This document shows, piece by piece, positions 46,931 to 61,544 of a stretch of DNA of 64,000 bases; the stretch's first letter is position 1, and the number at the start of each line of letters is the position of its first letter. This DNA comes from Tubulanus polymorphus (taxonomy: Eukaryota > Animalia > Nemertea). A program made the translations under genes and the position numbers. The notes under the pieces were generated by a model. That model had not been told where the DNA came from. It ran no database searches and worked only from the letters and a program-made list of their open reading frames with translations. The stretch spans positions 4,010,778-4,074,777 of the forward strand of contig NC_134030.1 of assembly GCF_964204645.1 (NCBI RefSeq). The letters are read 5' to 3'.

Positions 46931-49900
46931 AAAGTTCTTAATCAATATATAGGTGTAAAAGAATAATAGGTATGACAGAGTATAAAAGAATACTAGATAT
47001 AAAAGAATGATGTAAAATAATTATAATGTCCTTTGAACTTTACATGTCAACTAAACAGTATGGGAAATACTGCTGCCTGTTAATTACTACATTCTGTTTT
47101 AAGGGTGATGATTAAAATTTGGATGAATCATTACTTTGTTCAGTAGATGCGTTAGATAGCCCTTGAAGCAGCTAAACTGGGTCAGAGTGTTTTATCAATG
47201 CTGATAAACTATAAACCTGAGTTAATAAAGCTTCAAAACATTGCAGCCAATTCTTTAAAAGTCTTGTCCATTATAGACTTAAAAGTGAAGATCGATCATC
47301 ATAAACACTGGTGAAAACAATTGATGTCTCACTTAGCACCTGACGTCTCACTTTGCACCTGACGTCTCACTTTGCACTGATGCATCCATGCACTAATGCA
47401 CTTGCATGAAATGGCACTAAATACATAAAGACACACAAATTGTGTTTATGTATTTTTCAGGGTATACACATGCACACCCGCGGGTCCATGTAGCGTGCTA
47501 TCTTTCTTTGTTCGTGTGTGGAAATAATTTGTGATAAGATTAAACACCCATTTTGTAGAGAAAAATGTGAAAGGTTAATGATTAATTGTAAAAGTGGTAG
47601 AAATTAAATGTGAAAATATCAATGTCTGAAATAATATAGTGAAGATTAAGTCGCAGTGATTATAGAGAGATTGTAGTGTCAGATCAACCAGATCAGTTGT
47701 ACTGAGTTATCTCCCTCAAAGTCAGGAGCAACGTGACAAAGAGTCACAGTGAAAGTTAACAGTTCCAGAGGAACATCGAGTCATGAGTCTGAACTGACTT
47801 TAAATCAGGTATGATATTGAAATTGTATAAATCAATTTTCAAAGTCTCAAAATTGAAAATTATTCATATTTTGTGTTTTCTTGTAGCAAATATTGAGAGG
47901 TCCACAGAACTGAGTCACCAGAGATGAGACAATCACCAGCCATCTGTTAGATGAATGTCGCCACTGAGATCAGTGGTACTGATTCATCTCCGTCAAAGTC
48001 AGCAAAAAAGTTACAGTCGCAAAGGAAAGTTAACAGTTCCAGAGGAACGTCGAGTCATGAGTCTGAACTGACTATAAATCAGGTATGATATTGAAATTAT
48101 AGGGATCAATTTTCAATGTCTCAAAATTAAGAGTTATTCATGATTTGTGTTTTCTTGTAGCAAATATTGACGAACAAAGTGTCACCAGAGATGAGATAAT
48201 CACCAGGCATCAGTTAGATGAATGTCACCACTCAGATCAGTGGTAGTGAGTAATCTCCATCAAAGTCGGGAACGAAGTTACTGAGTCACGAGGAAAGTTA
48301 ACAGTTCCAACGGAACGTCGAGTCATTAGTCTGAACTGACTATAAATCAGGTATGTTAAGATACAGATAACATTGATTTCTTGTTTTAGGAAAAGTCCCA
48401 AACATTATGATGGTTTCTTACATCTGGTTTTCATGTAGCAAATCGTTAGACACGCAATACCAGAGGAATGATCAGTCATTGAACAGACTATAAGTCAGTC
48501 ATGAAAATGAAAATTATTCATATTTTTTGTTTTCTTGTAGCAAATGTGGAGAGGTTTACCACAGAACTGATTGTCACCAGAGATGAGACAATCACTGGGC
48601 ATCAGTTAGATGAATGTCACCACTGAGATCAGTAGTACTGAGTCAACTGCCTCAGTCAAGCTGCAAAGTAGAGTCACAAAGTTAACAGTTGCAAAGGAAC
48701 GTCGAGTCATTAGTCTGAACTGACTATAAATCAGGTATGATATTGAAAATTACATCAATTTTCAAGTCTTACATTATTCAAAATTATACATATTTTTTGT
48801 TTTCCTGTTGTAATAAGGAAATATCTAGAGATGGTATGTTACTACAAGATGGAAAAATACCTTCAGGGATTCACATGAATATTATCCCTTAGTTGAAAGG
48901 ATGAAAGAATGGATGAGTCATGAATCTGAATTGACTATAAATCAGGTATATATTGTCATAGATAAATCTATTTTATTGATTAAGTGATTGTTGAAAATAT
49001 CCTTTTAAGTTTGTTGTTTGATTGTCTTGTAGGTGAAAATATGTGAAACATCTAATCAAACACGATGTTGGCTTTGATATTCAGATGGCATCTGTTGACC
49101 ATTTGCGTTGCTGGAACTTGGAACTCTAATGCGTTGCTGGAACTTGGAACACTAATGCGTTGCTGGAACTTGGAACTCTAATGCGTTGCTGGAACTTGGA
49201 ACTCTAATGCGTGGCTGGAACTTGGAGAACTCTAATGCGTTGCTGGAACTTGGAGAACTCTGATGCGTTGCTGGAACTTGGAGAACACTAATGTGTTGCT
49301 TGAACTTGGAGAACTCTGATGCGTTGCTGGAACTTGGAGAACACTAATGCGTTGCTCGAACTTGGAGAACACTAATGTGTTGCTTGAACTTGGAGAACTC
49401 TAATGTGTTGCTCGAACTTGGAGAACTCTAATGCATGTTAAGACTTGGAGAATTATTGTCTGGGTGCAACTGACCCTGTGTATGAACATGTGTGTTCAAT
49501 TCGAATTTTATTTTAATTTAAATAAAACAAGTTAGAATATCTTTGATTGTGTCTAAAGAGTTTTTGATGTTGTTTTTAGGTGGAACTGAAATGCAGCAGT
49601 CAGTTCCGTAGTGTGTTTGAATATTGACATAACATGATGACTGACCTTGATTTATTTGTGTTGACTTCTGTCAGTGTTTGTTAATTACGACTGTTTAAAT
49701 TCATTTGTTATTGCAAATACATATTTATTTCAATAAAATGGCATGAGGATCTGTAGAGGAGCCGAGTCAACTTGGTGTAGAATAAGTAAAACGAGGTGGT
49801 TAGTTCTTTATAGGTGTGACTTGTGTATTTGAAGTACCGGCACGAGCTTTTAGATTTATTGATTTCATGGTGTTTAAATGTTTAAATAAATTATATTGAT

Positions 49901-52900
49901 TTAAAATGGTGTTTGATAATTGGTTGAAGTCTTTGTTTACTTATGTTTACTTATATGATACATGTACGTATTGAACTATTGATCACAACTACTGATCTAT
50001 TCGTGGTTTAGTTGTTCGCTACAAATTGTTTTGTGGTTCTTTTTCTGTAATCTACAGTAGACTCGGCTCTTAACTCGAATCACATTAATCAAGTATAGTA
50101 TCACATTGACTCGAGCTCTCCCTCCCTCTCTCCTCGACTGACTTGTTCGAATGGATTTTAGTTAGAACTCGGGCTACTCATGGACATGTAAACTAGTTAA
50201 AGTCCAGATTATATTTACACTTTTATAAAGTGTAATGAGAGATAACTTCAGTAAACTTTCACTTCAATTCGTGCCAATCTTGGTCTCAGTTCGTCCCAGT
50301 AAGGGTGAGCCGGTTTACTGTAGTGTTTGTCACCTTACCCCAGACCTGCTGGATTACAATCTTATTTAAAGATGAATATTATAGACAGCAGATTGATACA
50401 GTTTTATTTTACAAACAGAAGATGTGTCAGAAATAAACTAATCTAATAGAGGTTCATAGTATACTGCGAGATGAGTTGATCCCTACACTGTACAGAGGTG
50501 TCCCGGGTTCGAATCCAGTAATAACTGACGCTGATTCAGAGTGGTCCTGATGCTGAATAGAAGATGTACAGGGATGTCCTGGGTTCGAACCCAGTAATCA
50601 TCGACACTGATTCAGAATGGCCTTGATGCTGAATAGGGGATCTATTTAATTGATTTTGCGACCTCGCACAAATCTTAGCGCGCAAAAATTTGTTTTTTCT
50701 CGTGGAGGATGAAAAAAATATCCGTATTTCCCGATCAGCCACCAGAGTTGTTCTAGAAGAACATGGCTGATTATTCCAAGCGAATAACTTTCCTTTTCGA
50801 CTTGATTAACAACCAACAATCGTTACTCACCTAATATTGAATGTAAACATTGCATCAACCTTGGGATTTACGAACTTGTCGTCGAAGCGTTCGTTATCGC
50901 GCAGATAACTTATCAGTACAACATTATTCTGACGACATAAAACTGTCAAACTCGCGAATTACAGGACAAAGAAGAATTATGACACGGGATTAATTGTATA
51001 CAACATACGTCACAGGACGGAATAATACAGCGATATTGTACGTGTCCTTATATTCATAATTCATCGTAAACTACTCGCATCCCTTCTCGTATTTAGAAAC
51101 AAACATTGATTATTATCATATCGACCGGCTTATAAATTGCGACTCTTTCTCCTCGGAGATACTATTCCTGTCCTAGTGGCTTAATTTCACAAGACTGTAC
51201 AACTGCCGATTGTCATCAATCGCCGTCTCGATCGGCACAGTTGTTTCCGGGTCAGCGAACGCTTACTATTTAATTTGGCAAAATCTGTCTCTGGATTCGA
51301 TTGAGAACTCGAAAAGAAAATGAATTAGTGAAAATTGTTACATCGACGCAAAATTTGAATTTATCGGTTCGAAAACCTCGTAACGCGATAAAACGGTCGA
51401 AATTAAACTGACGCCTTTAGATCTCGCTTTTATGACTCGAAACTATCTACTAGTCTTAATAAACATATATCATTTAATGCCCCACGATGAAAAAAGCCGC
51501 TCTCCGGCCGAATAAAGCAATTTGCTACAGTGCGACGAGCTGCTCAATTTGGCGACAGGATTATCGACAACTTGTCTCAAATCATGGGAAGCAATATTTC
51601 CCTGAGGAGTATGCGATCAACTAACAGCGTTCTCATTTCAGCATAGTGATCCGTTTAAAACGTATAATATCGTTAGCTACTTCTACAATACGTACACTAA
51701 TTATATACTTAATGCTTTCGATCATATTGAATTCCATCTGTCAAGACGAACAACGAAACAATTAAAACGGCTTTCATATTGTTGACGTGTTAGAAAAATA
51801 AAGAACCGAACGATATTTTGTGATGATCTGGTTTTCAGAAATCAAGAGAAGATATTTCGCAATTAACACAGTTTTCTAAAAACAGATATCATCCCTATAA
51901 ACTACAAGTTTATTAGCGATGAGATTTCATATCAAAATCTGCAATAAAAAATCCAGGCCAAATATATATACCCGATACGGGTGGATAAGAGTACATACAT
52001 TTCCCATGATATTGTACTTGGGGGGAAATGTAGGCTACGTCGAGAGCGTGTCCATTTTATAGGAACGGTCGTATCTGAATCTGTCCATATGTGGTATTAT
52101 AGCGAACATGACTGATTGCTGCTGAATTAAACTTTCGGGTTTAAATGTGACACTGGCCTATAAAACTCGCCCTGAATTATAGTAAATGAAATCCGTCTGT
52201 CAGAGACACATGTAATCATCAACCCGAGTACAACATTATCTCTATTTGAATTGTATTTCCCGCAGAAATCAATTCCTAGATCCGATTATCAGATTGTTAA
52301 TGAGCTATGAATATTATATTGGAAGGGTTGCGTTGCCATTTCACTCGCGTTTATAGTGTTATATCATCGTATGTCGGGATTGATTTCCGAACTGGGTTTG
52401 ATGCGGCCTTCTTGTAAAGCACCTCTCACACGGTCCATAAATTGGGTGGAGGGAAGAAAATCACATTTTAAGTACATCCAAATTTTATTTCAACGTCAAA
52501 TTCCATGGGTTACATATCATTCAATTAAAGAAACAACGCATAAATGATATAGACGACAGACTTGGCTCGTATTGTAACTTCATTGTTTCTTTTTGAATTC
52601 TTTGATCAATCCCGATTGATAGGTTACCTCGAAAATCAGGTTTTTTACATTGAGTTCGGAGATGTTTAAGCATTCTCCGATAGCAGATGAGAACTCCATC
52701 GACTGTTCTAGATTACTCGCGTGCCACAGTATGAAAGTCGAACTACCGAGTTAGTTCACAAATTCACTTCTTGATTTGCATAGGGGCACCACCCGACAAT
52801 AGATAAAGACTACTCGCAGGAATCACAGAGGCCTGACACAAAAGGTATACTCGAGTGGGGGCCACCACTGGGTTTACTCACTCACAATACGGGGCTGTTG

Positions 52901-54333
52901 TTTTTTGTCCCTTCAAAGTAGAAATTATACCCTCCGAAACTTTATCATCTGGAGGGTTCTTAAACATTTCTGTCGGACCAAAATTCGTGTTTCAACATGG
53001 GTCAGTTCACACCATCTATTTTCCTAAATTTTAGAGATCAACTAAATCATTTCACATAACAATTAATATCATGAATTAGGCCTACCCCTCATTACAATCT
53101 GAAATATAAAAAAAGAGGCGAACTATCTAGTCCCGTTAAGAAAAAAAATTGCCAGCCAAATGTATGGTTTATTCTAGCGGGATTCGAAACTGCGACCTCT
53201 AGCAATAAGCAGGGGAAGCTAACAAGGCAAGCGTGCTAACCACTGGGCCATAGATCTCAGGTAATCTGTCCGGATTGTAAGTTTGCCTGCTATGTGATTT
53301 TGTATGTCTCTGCTTAAAATCGACAATTTTCAGAGTAAATCGTAGACAGTTTTTAAACGGATGAGTTAACCGGGGTAAACTGAAGACACACCACGATGAG
53401 CATTAATGGAATTTGCGTGGTTTCGAACCAAATGAAATTTTTATGTGGTATTGATGAGGTTCGAATCCCATCAGGAAAGGATTTTCTTGACGTGGCGGGA
53501 ATATTAGTACTTTTCATTGGTCAGGATCAGTGACGTCACACTGTCAGTATAAATACTCAGGTCAGCTGATCCCTCCTTCCAGTTCGGCCATCTTTCAGGT
53601 AAGCAAACGTCGTCCATTTTATTTATTTCTTTCGATCAAATCTATTTATTAATCTTACTTGTAAATTTCATACATAGACCTTAGGTTTCGCATACGGTTT
53701 TGTTTAAGACAATTTCAAAAGTTCCGAAAGTTCGGATTATATCATATACGTGTTTAATTATGACATTTCCATTGTGATGTTCTTTTTGCTCAAAATTGTC
53801 CAAATCGTGTTTTTAATATTTAGAAGTAAATTACAACATTTGACTTTCATTTTCGTTCTCGTAAAAATGAAGACGTTATTGTGATTTTATTGAGGAATTT
53901 TATTTAATTTATTTATGAAATTTTCGGAAGCAGTTATTCTGCTGTTCAAATCTACGCGCTAATGCGGCTAGTTGACATGCCTAGGTGTAATACACAGACC
54001 GCTCAGTCTATTCAACCATGACTCGAATCCATAGAAACCTTTTATTCGAAGCGTCGTTCAACTTAATTCTGGTGGCTTCTATATTCAATATTTAGAAAAT
54101 AATGATGCCCAATAATTTAATGTTATTATTATCTAATGCAAACTCGAGTTAGCTATTTCTTAGAATCAATAATTTTCGATTTTCTTGATTTTTATAACAT
54201 TATTGTTTTTACATTGCAGCAGCAGCAGCAGTGACAGCAGCAGTACAAGACAAACATTGATACCAGCAAATTTATTACAACTTCAACTTAAACTTTAAAC
54301 GAATTCAACTTCTACTTCAGCAGCAACACGACC

Positions 54334-57300
54334 ATGTCTTCAAAATATGACATTTTTTCCGGATTGATAAAGGTAGTGCGCGCCGAGGTCCTGACACTCG
54401 ACCCTGTATCCCTCGGCGCGTTTTGTGATTTGAGTAAGTACAAACTCTACTTCATCAAATTCTCGATTATTTTTAGTGACAAGCATCTAAAATTATTTGA
54501 TTTCCAACATCTGAAATTGTTTGATCTCAAATTCACAATTATTTTATCTCAAATCTCCGCATTATTGGATACTAAATTTCGAATTGTCTCAATCTTCTAT
54601 CATCAAATGTCAATTTCTTTCAATCCACTTTTTAATTTCGGAAAACTCAATTTATGTCTCACACTGATTTCATTTCAATTTATTTTGAAAATATCATTTT
54701 ATGTTTCTAGTCTTTTATTCTTTTTCAAATTACTCGACTTAAACTCAATTTAATTTGCTAATAATTCTAATGGTGAATAATTGAATAATTTTAATTGAAT
54801 TGAATTGAATAGTGAGTAGAGGTTCTGGTGGATGAGAATGAACTTGAGGAAGTAACTTCATTTCCTGGTTCCTGGTTTTCAAATATCGTCGAAATTGTGA
54901 AATATTCATCATGTTTTTCATATGCAATGCTGTATCCAGTCAATAGAGATAAGTTACAACATAAACAGTTTAAACTGGCTAGGCCTCCAGACCAATGCAC
55001 TTCATGGAAAATCCTGATTTATATGTTTAATAAATCAAGTAACTGGACTGCGCGGTTCAGTCCATTTTAGTCAGTAAGTAAGCAGACTGCAGTTTAGTCC
55101 ATATTTTAATCAGTAACTGGACTGCGGTGTAGTCAATATTTTAGTCAATAACTGGACTGCGCTGTAGTCCATCGTTTAGTCAATAACTGGACTGCGGTTT
55201 TGTCGATGGTTTAGTCAATAACTGGACTGCAGTTTAGACTGCTGTTCAGGAACCGGACAGCTGTTTAGTCCGTATCCAGATACCCGTCACATTATGGGAC
55301 CAACTTTTTAGATACTGCTAAAATGTAGCACTAGTATTTACGGTACTTTCGTTTTTCTCTGCGACTCCAGGATCTAACAACATGTGATTTTCTTTTTATT
55401 AATCATTGATCAAACGTCAGGAAATTCAGGATCACTTTTTTAATTAATTGGTTAAACTTCGTTCTTCATATCTCTAGGTAGTTGCTCGCAACATTTTGAG
55501 ATCCTGAGATTATGGCGGGAAGGAGGTATATCTCACGACTGCTATCATGAGCTTATCTGCGAACTAGTCTCAAGCCGCACCCACTCAATGTTTATTTTAG
55601 ATCTAAACTAGGATATGATGTTTGATACGAATGTCTTTCACTAGCTCGGCTCATAGTCCGAATCTTCATCGTCTATTTGTTGGCGAATCCTAAATATTGC
55701 GGCCTTGCGGTAAATAGAGTTTAAACACGATTTATTTCTAACTGAGCAGATCATCCCGTCTGTGCCTACATTTGTTGCTATAATAACGCCCAGCTGCCAT
55801 AGAATTCTTCAATGGTGTATCTGTGAGTTTTTACAAACGCCCAAGATTCCTTGTTTCCTTGTGGACTGCGAGTGACATTAACTACCAGCAGCCATGACAC
55901 GTATTCATCAATGAATCGTCTGCAACATCACTGGTTCAGTTTCAATCATCCTTACGTGCCGTTCATTTCGTGAAGTTTTGGATCGACTATTTCATCATTT
56001 TCGTTGTTCTTGTACGGAAGTAGATTGATTTGTGTCCTCAACAGTTGCAGACTGAAGTACTCAGTAATTTCTTGCACAAGTTGAAGTTTTCTGCATCGAT
56101 CATGCAGCAGATGTCCGTTGGCAGGTGTCTGTTGGTAGGTGTCCATATGCAGATGTTTTTTTTGCAGTTTCAGCGTGAAATCATTAGCCATCTCTTCATT
56201 TACTTATAGGAGGTTTACATGTTTGTTATCAGTCAGCATCCCACATTATTAACATCTCGGACCAGTTATCCAGTCCAAATCGATGAATTTCACCAACAGC
56301 ACCCCCTAGAAAGAATTTATGCAATATTTTCAGCTGTTTCGAGGTAATTCCAATCAGAAACATTTGTTAACGCTTTTATCTTTTCCACTCTATTGTGTAC
56401 AAATCATTTCAATCTTTGTCGACCAAATCCAACATTCATGTTTGAGTACATAGATCCATATGTGTCGGTAATTAGCTCGGTATATTCTACTCATTAACAT
56501 TGCTTGTTATTCTTTCCTCACCTTAAAATTTTCGTTTAATTTTTCGAATCTGCAGTTTTACATCCAGGGTAATATACATGAAGCGGCCGATTACAACTTC
56601 AGGACATGCGTCAGTGAAGATTACAATTTCCGCTTCTTGTTATGGGTCGACAACAAATCGTCTATCCAGTGTTTTCAGTAAGAAATTAACAAGCCAGGTC
56701 CCTTTGAAAAATGGGAGGGTCACATCGTATGTGACAGTCCCTGAAAAAACAGTGGGGTCCTTAAAAAATGACAGACGGGTCTGAGACCCGGGACCTGGCT
56801 CTTATTGAAAACACTGCTATCATCCATCGCTTTTTCGTTACTACGTTCGAAGGAATTTCTGATCTTTGTCCATTGGCCCGTTTTGACTCTTCGTCCCCTT
56901 CAATGTTCACTGTCCATTGCTTAATCATAAGGGCTTTCATGGTGCAACGATCCTACTAAGTCCCAAAGGATCAAATATCAATGACCATTTTGACAGAACG
57001 TTTCCTTTCGTTTCATTGTACTCAATCGACGTATATTTTTTACATGTATGAATCATGATATTACTTTCCATTTCTTTTTGATTGGTTCAGCATCCTGTTG
57101 ATCGATAAATCAAGTAGCACTGTTATTGCGGTGGACCGGTGGTCAACAATTTCTGTTGATTCTTTTTCATAATCCTTATCGCTTGCGGATTCTAGACTAA
57201 AGTTTCTTCAATTCTCTCGAATATCGTTAAAATTTTCTTGTATGTTTTTTAAAATTCCTGCAGCAACGATTCGAGAACTGTAACTTGTTTTTCGTCGATA

Positions 57301-58284
57301 TCTTCTCTGAGGAGTGCTCCATTTTTCTCAACATTTTTTCAGATGTTGATAATAAACATTGTTGTTGTTTCTTCAGTTCTGCCCGGATGGCTTCACCTTC
57401 AGAGGGCTCACCCATCCATGAAAATAATACTAAAAAATACTACTGTTGGTTATGACCAGGAATGAAGTTTTGCAGAGAGATGACGAAGTGACGATGTGCA
57501 ATCCATTGATTCTTTACTAAACTGAATTGCTGCTTTATTTCTATATTAAAAACTACAAAAGTATCAGCTTATCATCTCATGGACGGTGCGCGATCGGACG
57601 GTGTGAGCGGAAGTTGCGATTAGCACAGATGTTGCCGCGGGATCCGGATAAGTGCCAGTTACACGCTTATCTCTGTACTGAGGAGAATCATTCACAAAAT
57701 CGCTACTTTTGGTTTACAGTTCCAACTTCTCTTTTTGTCAGAACGTCAAAATTCACTTCCTTTTTTACTCTCTTTAGTATTCGTATGATTGTAATTAGGT
57801 CGCACCAACATTGTGTAGGAAACTCAACATGTAATATGCCATAATTACTATTTATACAGATCAATCTATCCAATATTCTGAATTATTCAGTAAAAATGAA
57901 TATAGCGAAAATCTGACAAGAATATTGCTACTTTTCAGCTGCACCAAAGCATACGGTCCCATACAGTGGTTTAGTCAGTATCCGGACCACAGTTTAGTCA
58001 GTATCCGGACCACAGTTTAGTCAGTAACGAAACTGTGTGATTCATTTCGTTCTGAGAACAGATTTTATCAAATTTCCTCTAGCTGTTCTTCAGATAGGCC
58101 TACCCTTTGACTAAATGTTTTATTTTCAGAATTCTTTGATAAAAAGTATATCCTCCACCGTTATCCAGGCCTGACATTTATCAAGGTCTATCCTGTTTTA
58201 CACCTTACAAGTTCGACAGCGACATTTGATATTGTTTTTTCTGTAAATGGCTGCAGCTGTATTCATAGTGAATTATTCCACTGA
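54334..58284 (+). CDS. gene 1, copy B: join(54334..54433,58130..58284), 84 aa
   Basis: All promoter motifs, splice sites and the frame are intact; I see two amino-acid changes versus copy A (L12I, Y37D). Confidence 0.7.
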
Positions 58285-59916
58285 ATGATTCTATACTTGA
58301 ATGGTAAGTAGTGACTTATTTGAAATACTTAATGAATTCATTTGAAAAAGGCCTAAATTCTAAATATCATTAATTGTTCGCGTTTTAACGATGTTTGATT
58401 TTTATAGATACAAATCTTATTATAATTTGTAGTGAATGGATTTGATTGTATGAAGGTACAGCAGTGGACAGTGTCATGTGAAATGCTTTTTACCCCTGAT
58501 GGTTGTTTCTGAAGGTACAGTAGCCGGCAGTGTCATGTGAAATGGTTTTTAACCCTGATGGTTGTTTCTGAGAATAACAGTTGAAGTTTTTCGTTTGATG
58601 ATGAAAATACAGAAGAAATATGAATGAAATTTTTGGTGTCATTTTTCTGTTTGTCATGCAATGAAAATGAATTAGACTTACTTAGCAAAAACCATAGGGA
58701 AATGTACAGTACTCGAAGGAAATATCACAATTTTTGGAACTAAAATTCGGTGAAAATTCATTTTAGAAAAAAATATTTTCAAATGTATCGCATTTTATTG
58801 GATTTTTTGCCCTTAATGATACTGTAGACTTCGCTTAAACTGGTAGACGGTCTATATCTGGTATAATCTGTTCAATTCGATGAAATAAAGATGAAATGTT
58901 GTTCTAAATACATATGTTTTGCCTTTTATGGTATTGCTCTGTTCGATGATGATAATAATAACAATATTATGCGTCTGATGTAGCCCTAAATCCAGCAGCA
59001 GCTCAGAGCGCTTTACATTTTACGGTTTTATTGCCCCAGCCATTTAATGGTCTGCTGGGGTGAAGTAACATCCGAGCAGCTGCTAGGCGCTCAGGGGTCA
59101 TCTATCAGGCCAGGTACCCAATTACTCCTGGGTGCAAAGAGGCAATGAGGATAAGTGTCTTGCCGGGGACACAACGGTAATATACGGGGTTCGAATCCAT
59201 GACGATCTGGTTTCCCAGAACGCTTTCCGTATCCCATAAATTAAATGCCCTTCATTGTTACTTAAAAGCAGGAAAATCAGTAGAAACTTTGGAGCTCAAT
59301 AGAGTGAAAACTGTAAGAGATAAAGCTGGTAATTGAAAAGTTTGTAGGGTATGACCCTTGGATAATTTTGGTGATGATTATTCTTACTGAAAGTGAAGTC
59401 CTATGCAAATGAGCTAATTCGCATAAATCATAATCAGTGACCTATTTATTTGAAAACCCCCTAAATTGCAGGTATCAAAATGAACAAATCGGGTATCTAG
59501 CCTCAGCTAACAGCTGACAATGGAATATTCTATGTCTACGGTTAGAAATATATATTTTATGGGTAATTATAATTAGTAAATGAGCTAATAATTAAATCAT
59601 GTGACCTCCGGATAAGTACCCACTACTTTCAAATGCAAAAAAACTCAAATATTTCGAATAGCAACACCACAAAAACGCAGCATAAAAACTTACTAATGGG
59701 TGCTGCCATTTAATCAAGCCATTTAGCGGCAGGTTTCTCCGCTGAATTCTATGCGACTAAACTGCTATAAGAAATGTCGACGAAAGTCGACAGGGCACTG
59801 AAAAAGTTATAGAAGGAATTTGGGGATTCACTACATGGTCAGATTGTATAAAATACAAAGAAATTGATTATTTTGACCGCTATTAGGCTCAATAAAACTT
59901 TTGATCATATTACCTA

Positions 59917-60295
59917 ATGAGATGAAAAACGCCGAGATATCGCACGTGCCCCCTCATCCGAGAAACAACCGTTTGCCGCAGCCACAACAAAATGTACGCG
60001 ATCCGCAGCACAATTAATTGCGCGACCCGTGAAATCATATACTGCATCGAATGCACCAAGTGCAACCTGCTGTACGTCGGCCTAACTGGAATGTCTTTAC
60101 AAGAACGCGTCACACATCACGTCTCCAAATCAGAACGTATAATTCGACTCCAGTCGCGGACCACTTCAACCAGGTCGACCACACCTACCGACACTTTCTG
60201 GTGTATGGTCTCCAACACCTACCAGGCTCGACGAGACCGATCCGCGAAGCAGCCAAACGAGACTGGATATTGGTCTTGATTCGTTTCAATATCAA
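59917..60295 (+). pseudogene. Penelope GIY-YIG fragment, copy B (no insertion, 1-nt frameshift near 60126)
   Basis: ORFs 59992 and 60051 carry the two halves in different frames; GTCTCCAAATCAGA versus GTCTCGCGCATCAGA in A. Confidence 0.88.
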
Positions 60296-60703
60296 ATCGA
60301 CACTAATTTTAGATACCAGTAACTAGCATAGTACCCGTCCACGGATGGATTGTCATAAATGTATTGGATATAGTTATAAAATGTACGCTGAAAGATTCCA
60401 TTATCTGCCTCATTTATGATCTACTATACCGTTGTCTAACAATACGGTTATTACAGATAATGAGAGTGGTAAAATTGTTTTTACAACAGCGTTAGAGGGT
60501 GGCAACCATCTCTTGCAACCAGCGACATGACAAATATGGTTGTTTCCGAACGTTCAACTGGCCCTTCGTTCGTTCTTCCATCACATCACTTTCCGTTACC
60601 TATCAATGAATATCGCCTGCTGCATTATTTTATAGGTTACTTAGATATGAAAATTTTATGCGTAATATTCGTGATCCTTAATGTTTTGTTTTTTTCATTC
60701 CAG

Positions 60704-61455
60704 ATTTGGATGTTTTAACAGCAATACAGAAAAACAAGTCTGAAGCAGCCCGCGAAGCTCGTAACATCTTTGGAGCTTTCGTTAACAGGTGCGTTGACTC
60801 CCTTCGCGAGCCTGAGGAGCAAGCTCCTCCATTAGTTATTGTGCCACCTTTTGAGCTTGCTCTTCCGCAGGAGGCGGACCCTGCCCCTGTACATCTGGAG
60901 CAGGAGGACGCCCCTGCCGTGGGGACCCCGACAGAGGCCCCACCGCTTCTGAAGCCCGCACTGCGTCGGTCGCCCCGTAGAAATATAAATCCAGATATCA
61001 ATTATGCAATAGGTTCGGGGCGTCCCAAAACAAAAAAGGGCAAACGTGCGGCTCGTCCTCCTCCACCGAGACAACCAAATTTTGAGGAGGAGAGCAGTGA
61101 TGAGGAGGAATTCGCCACTCCTGGAGCGACATCACCACCAGGGCCCGCAACTCCACCACCACCACCACCACCATCAACTGGACCAGCATCAACGATACCA
61201 CGAATTAGACGAAACAAAAGAAGAATAGAAGAAGAAAATGAAAATAATGAAACACCTAATATTACACCCGCCCAGGCGTCAACATCGGGCGCTCCAGTGG
61301 GGGCACCACCCTCCCCCGCTGTTGAGCTTATCGCGCGCGGCCCTGGTTGGTCTAAAAACATTGATTACCACGATCCCATCAAAATGCTCCGCGATGTTGA
61401 AGGGGCCTTTAAAGGAAAATTTCAAATGGTTAAACGTCGGCGAACATCAAAGTAA
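60704..61455 (+). CDS. Pro-rich coding exon, copy B (249 codons)
   Basis: Same acceptor (60703) and open frame as 29974-30722. Confidence 0.6.
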
Positions 61456-61544
61456 ATCAGCCCCTTCACTCGCCATCACCCGGGCAACAACATCAGCCCA
61501 CGCACGTCTGCAGATCGGCACTTCTTGAAACTCAGTTTTCCCTT

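Larger units (their letters stand above)
30812..61544. repeat. ~30.7 kb tandem macro-repeat unit, copy B
   Basis: Colinear with copy A at high identity; differs by a ~1.5 kb extra block near 32340-33800, absence of the 28031-29346 transposon and different satellite copy numbers. Confidence 0.97.

Noticed and set aside
1-61544. Near-equal unit lengths (30811 vs 30733) as a packaging or length constraint
   Set aside because: Depends on the arbitrary boundary; the A-B offset ranges from ~30.7 to ~32.8 kb along the unit.
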